Assembly: GCA_023140215.1 (NCBI GenBank)
Contig: JAGLMC010000048.1
Coordinates: 379-64,378, forward strand
Length of the DNA: 64,000 nt
From: Alphaproteobacteria bacterium
Lineage (GTDB): Bacteria > Pseudomonadota > Alphaproteobacteria > Micavibrionales > Micavibrionaceae
Direction: 5' to 3'
The notes beneath the pieces are model-generated. The model was not told the origin of the DNA. It worked only from the letters and a program-made list of their open reading frames with translations, and searched no databases. A program made the translations under genes and the position numbers. Shown here piece by piece: positions 63,523 through 64,000 of the stretch. Each line of letters starts with the position of its first letter. The first letter of the stretch is position 1.

Positions 63523-64000
63523 ATGGCGTTAATTGTTGCAAAATTTGGTGGAACGTCTGTTGCGGACGTTGAGCGTATTGAGGTCGTTGCTAACAAAATA
63601 GTACGTGAGGCTAAGCTTGGACACAAAGTTGTGGTCGTTGTGTCTGCAATGTCCGGTGTAACTAATCGACTTGTTGATTATTGTAAACAAATAAATCCAT
63701 TTTATGACATGAGAGAGTATGATGTTGTTGTATCCAGTGGAGAACAAGTGACGGCCGGTCTTTTGGCTATCGCTTTGCAAAAACGAGGAATTACAGCTAG
63801 CTCATGGTTAGGATGGCAGATTTCTGTGCATACTAATGATGTTCACGGTAAGGCACGAATTACCGGCATTGATACTAATGAAGTGCATAAACGTCTTGAT
63901 GATGGTGAAATTGTTGTTGTTCCCGGATTTCAAGGCATGACGCAAAGTGGTCGAATTACAACACTTGGCCGTGGCGGTTCTGATACATCTGCTGTAGCAT
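63523..64000 (+). CDS. lysC: Aspartate kinase, N-terminal part (continues past the right edge)
   Basis: My own translation reads MALIVAKFGGTSVADVERIEVVANKI...VVVVSAMSGVTNRL...VVPGFQG...TTLGRGGSDTSAVA. Confidence 0.9.
   Translation, partial: MALIVAKFGGTSVADVERIEVVANKIVREAKLGHKVVVVVSAMSGVTNRLVDYCKQINPFYDMREYDVVVSSGEQVTAGLLAIALQKRGITASSWLGWQISVHTNDVHGKARITGIDTNEVHKRLDDGEIVVVPGFQGMTQSGRITTLGRGGSDTSAVA

Overview
This is a gene-dense, AT-rich chromosomal segment with about 60 protein-coding genes and very short intergenic spacers. Many genes overlap at start/stop codons.

Gene content and local synteny point to an alphaproteobacterium with a compacted, low-GC genome. I cannot assign a taxon from the sequence alone. 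The supporting blocks are:
- ffh-rpsP-rimM-trmD-rplS-leuC
- dapF-mtaB-ftsY
- accA-xerD-x-aroK-aroB-corC
- J-protein-cobS-cobT
- ftsE-ftsX-ydcF-plsC
- small lipoprotein-lysA
- etfB-etfA
- ubiG and lysC arranged divergently
- CarD/CdnL, DUF2336 and an MJ0042-type zinc-ribbon protein

By eye I found no rRNA, tRNA, CRISPR array, transposase, phage gene, or any recognisable defence, secretion or biosynthetic cluster. The window is mostly housekeeping, and no canonical 'system' stands out. The novelty candidates are lineage-specific insertions into otherwise conserved operons:
1. An AT-rich two-gene cassette (an orphan protein plus a lipoprotein with 45-bp tandem repeats) lies antisense between cobT and cobS. 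It is bracketed by a ~40-nt direct repeat. This is the best candidate.
2. A His/Trp/Cys-rich lipoprotein gene lies antisense between trmD and rplS.
3. Three translationally coupled passenger genes sit inside leuC-leuD-leuB: a degenerate HD-GYP, a GT25 glycosyltransferase and an FkbM methyltransferase.
4. An AT-rich orphan gene island lies at 21.2-22.4 kb.
5. A 433-aa internally duplicated pentapeptide-repeat protein is present.
6. A PPP-family phosphatase homologue has most of its metal-ligand residues substituted.
7. A tightly overlapped hydrolase / FAD-oxidoreductase / aldo-keto-reductase operon is present.
8. PlsC is fused to a second membrane-anchored domain.

All functional calls rest on motif and family recognition by eye. 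No database search was run.
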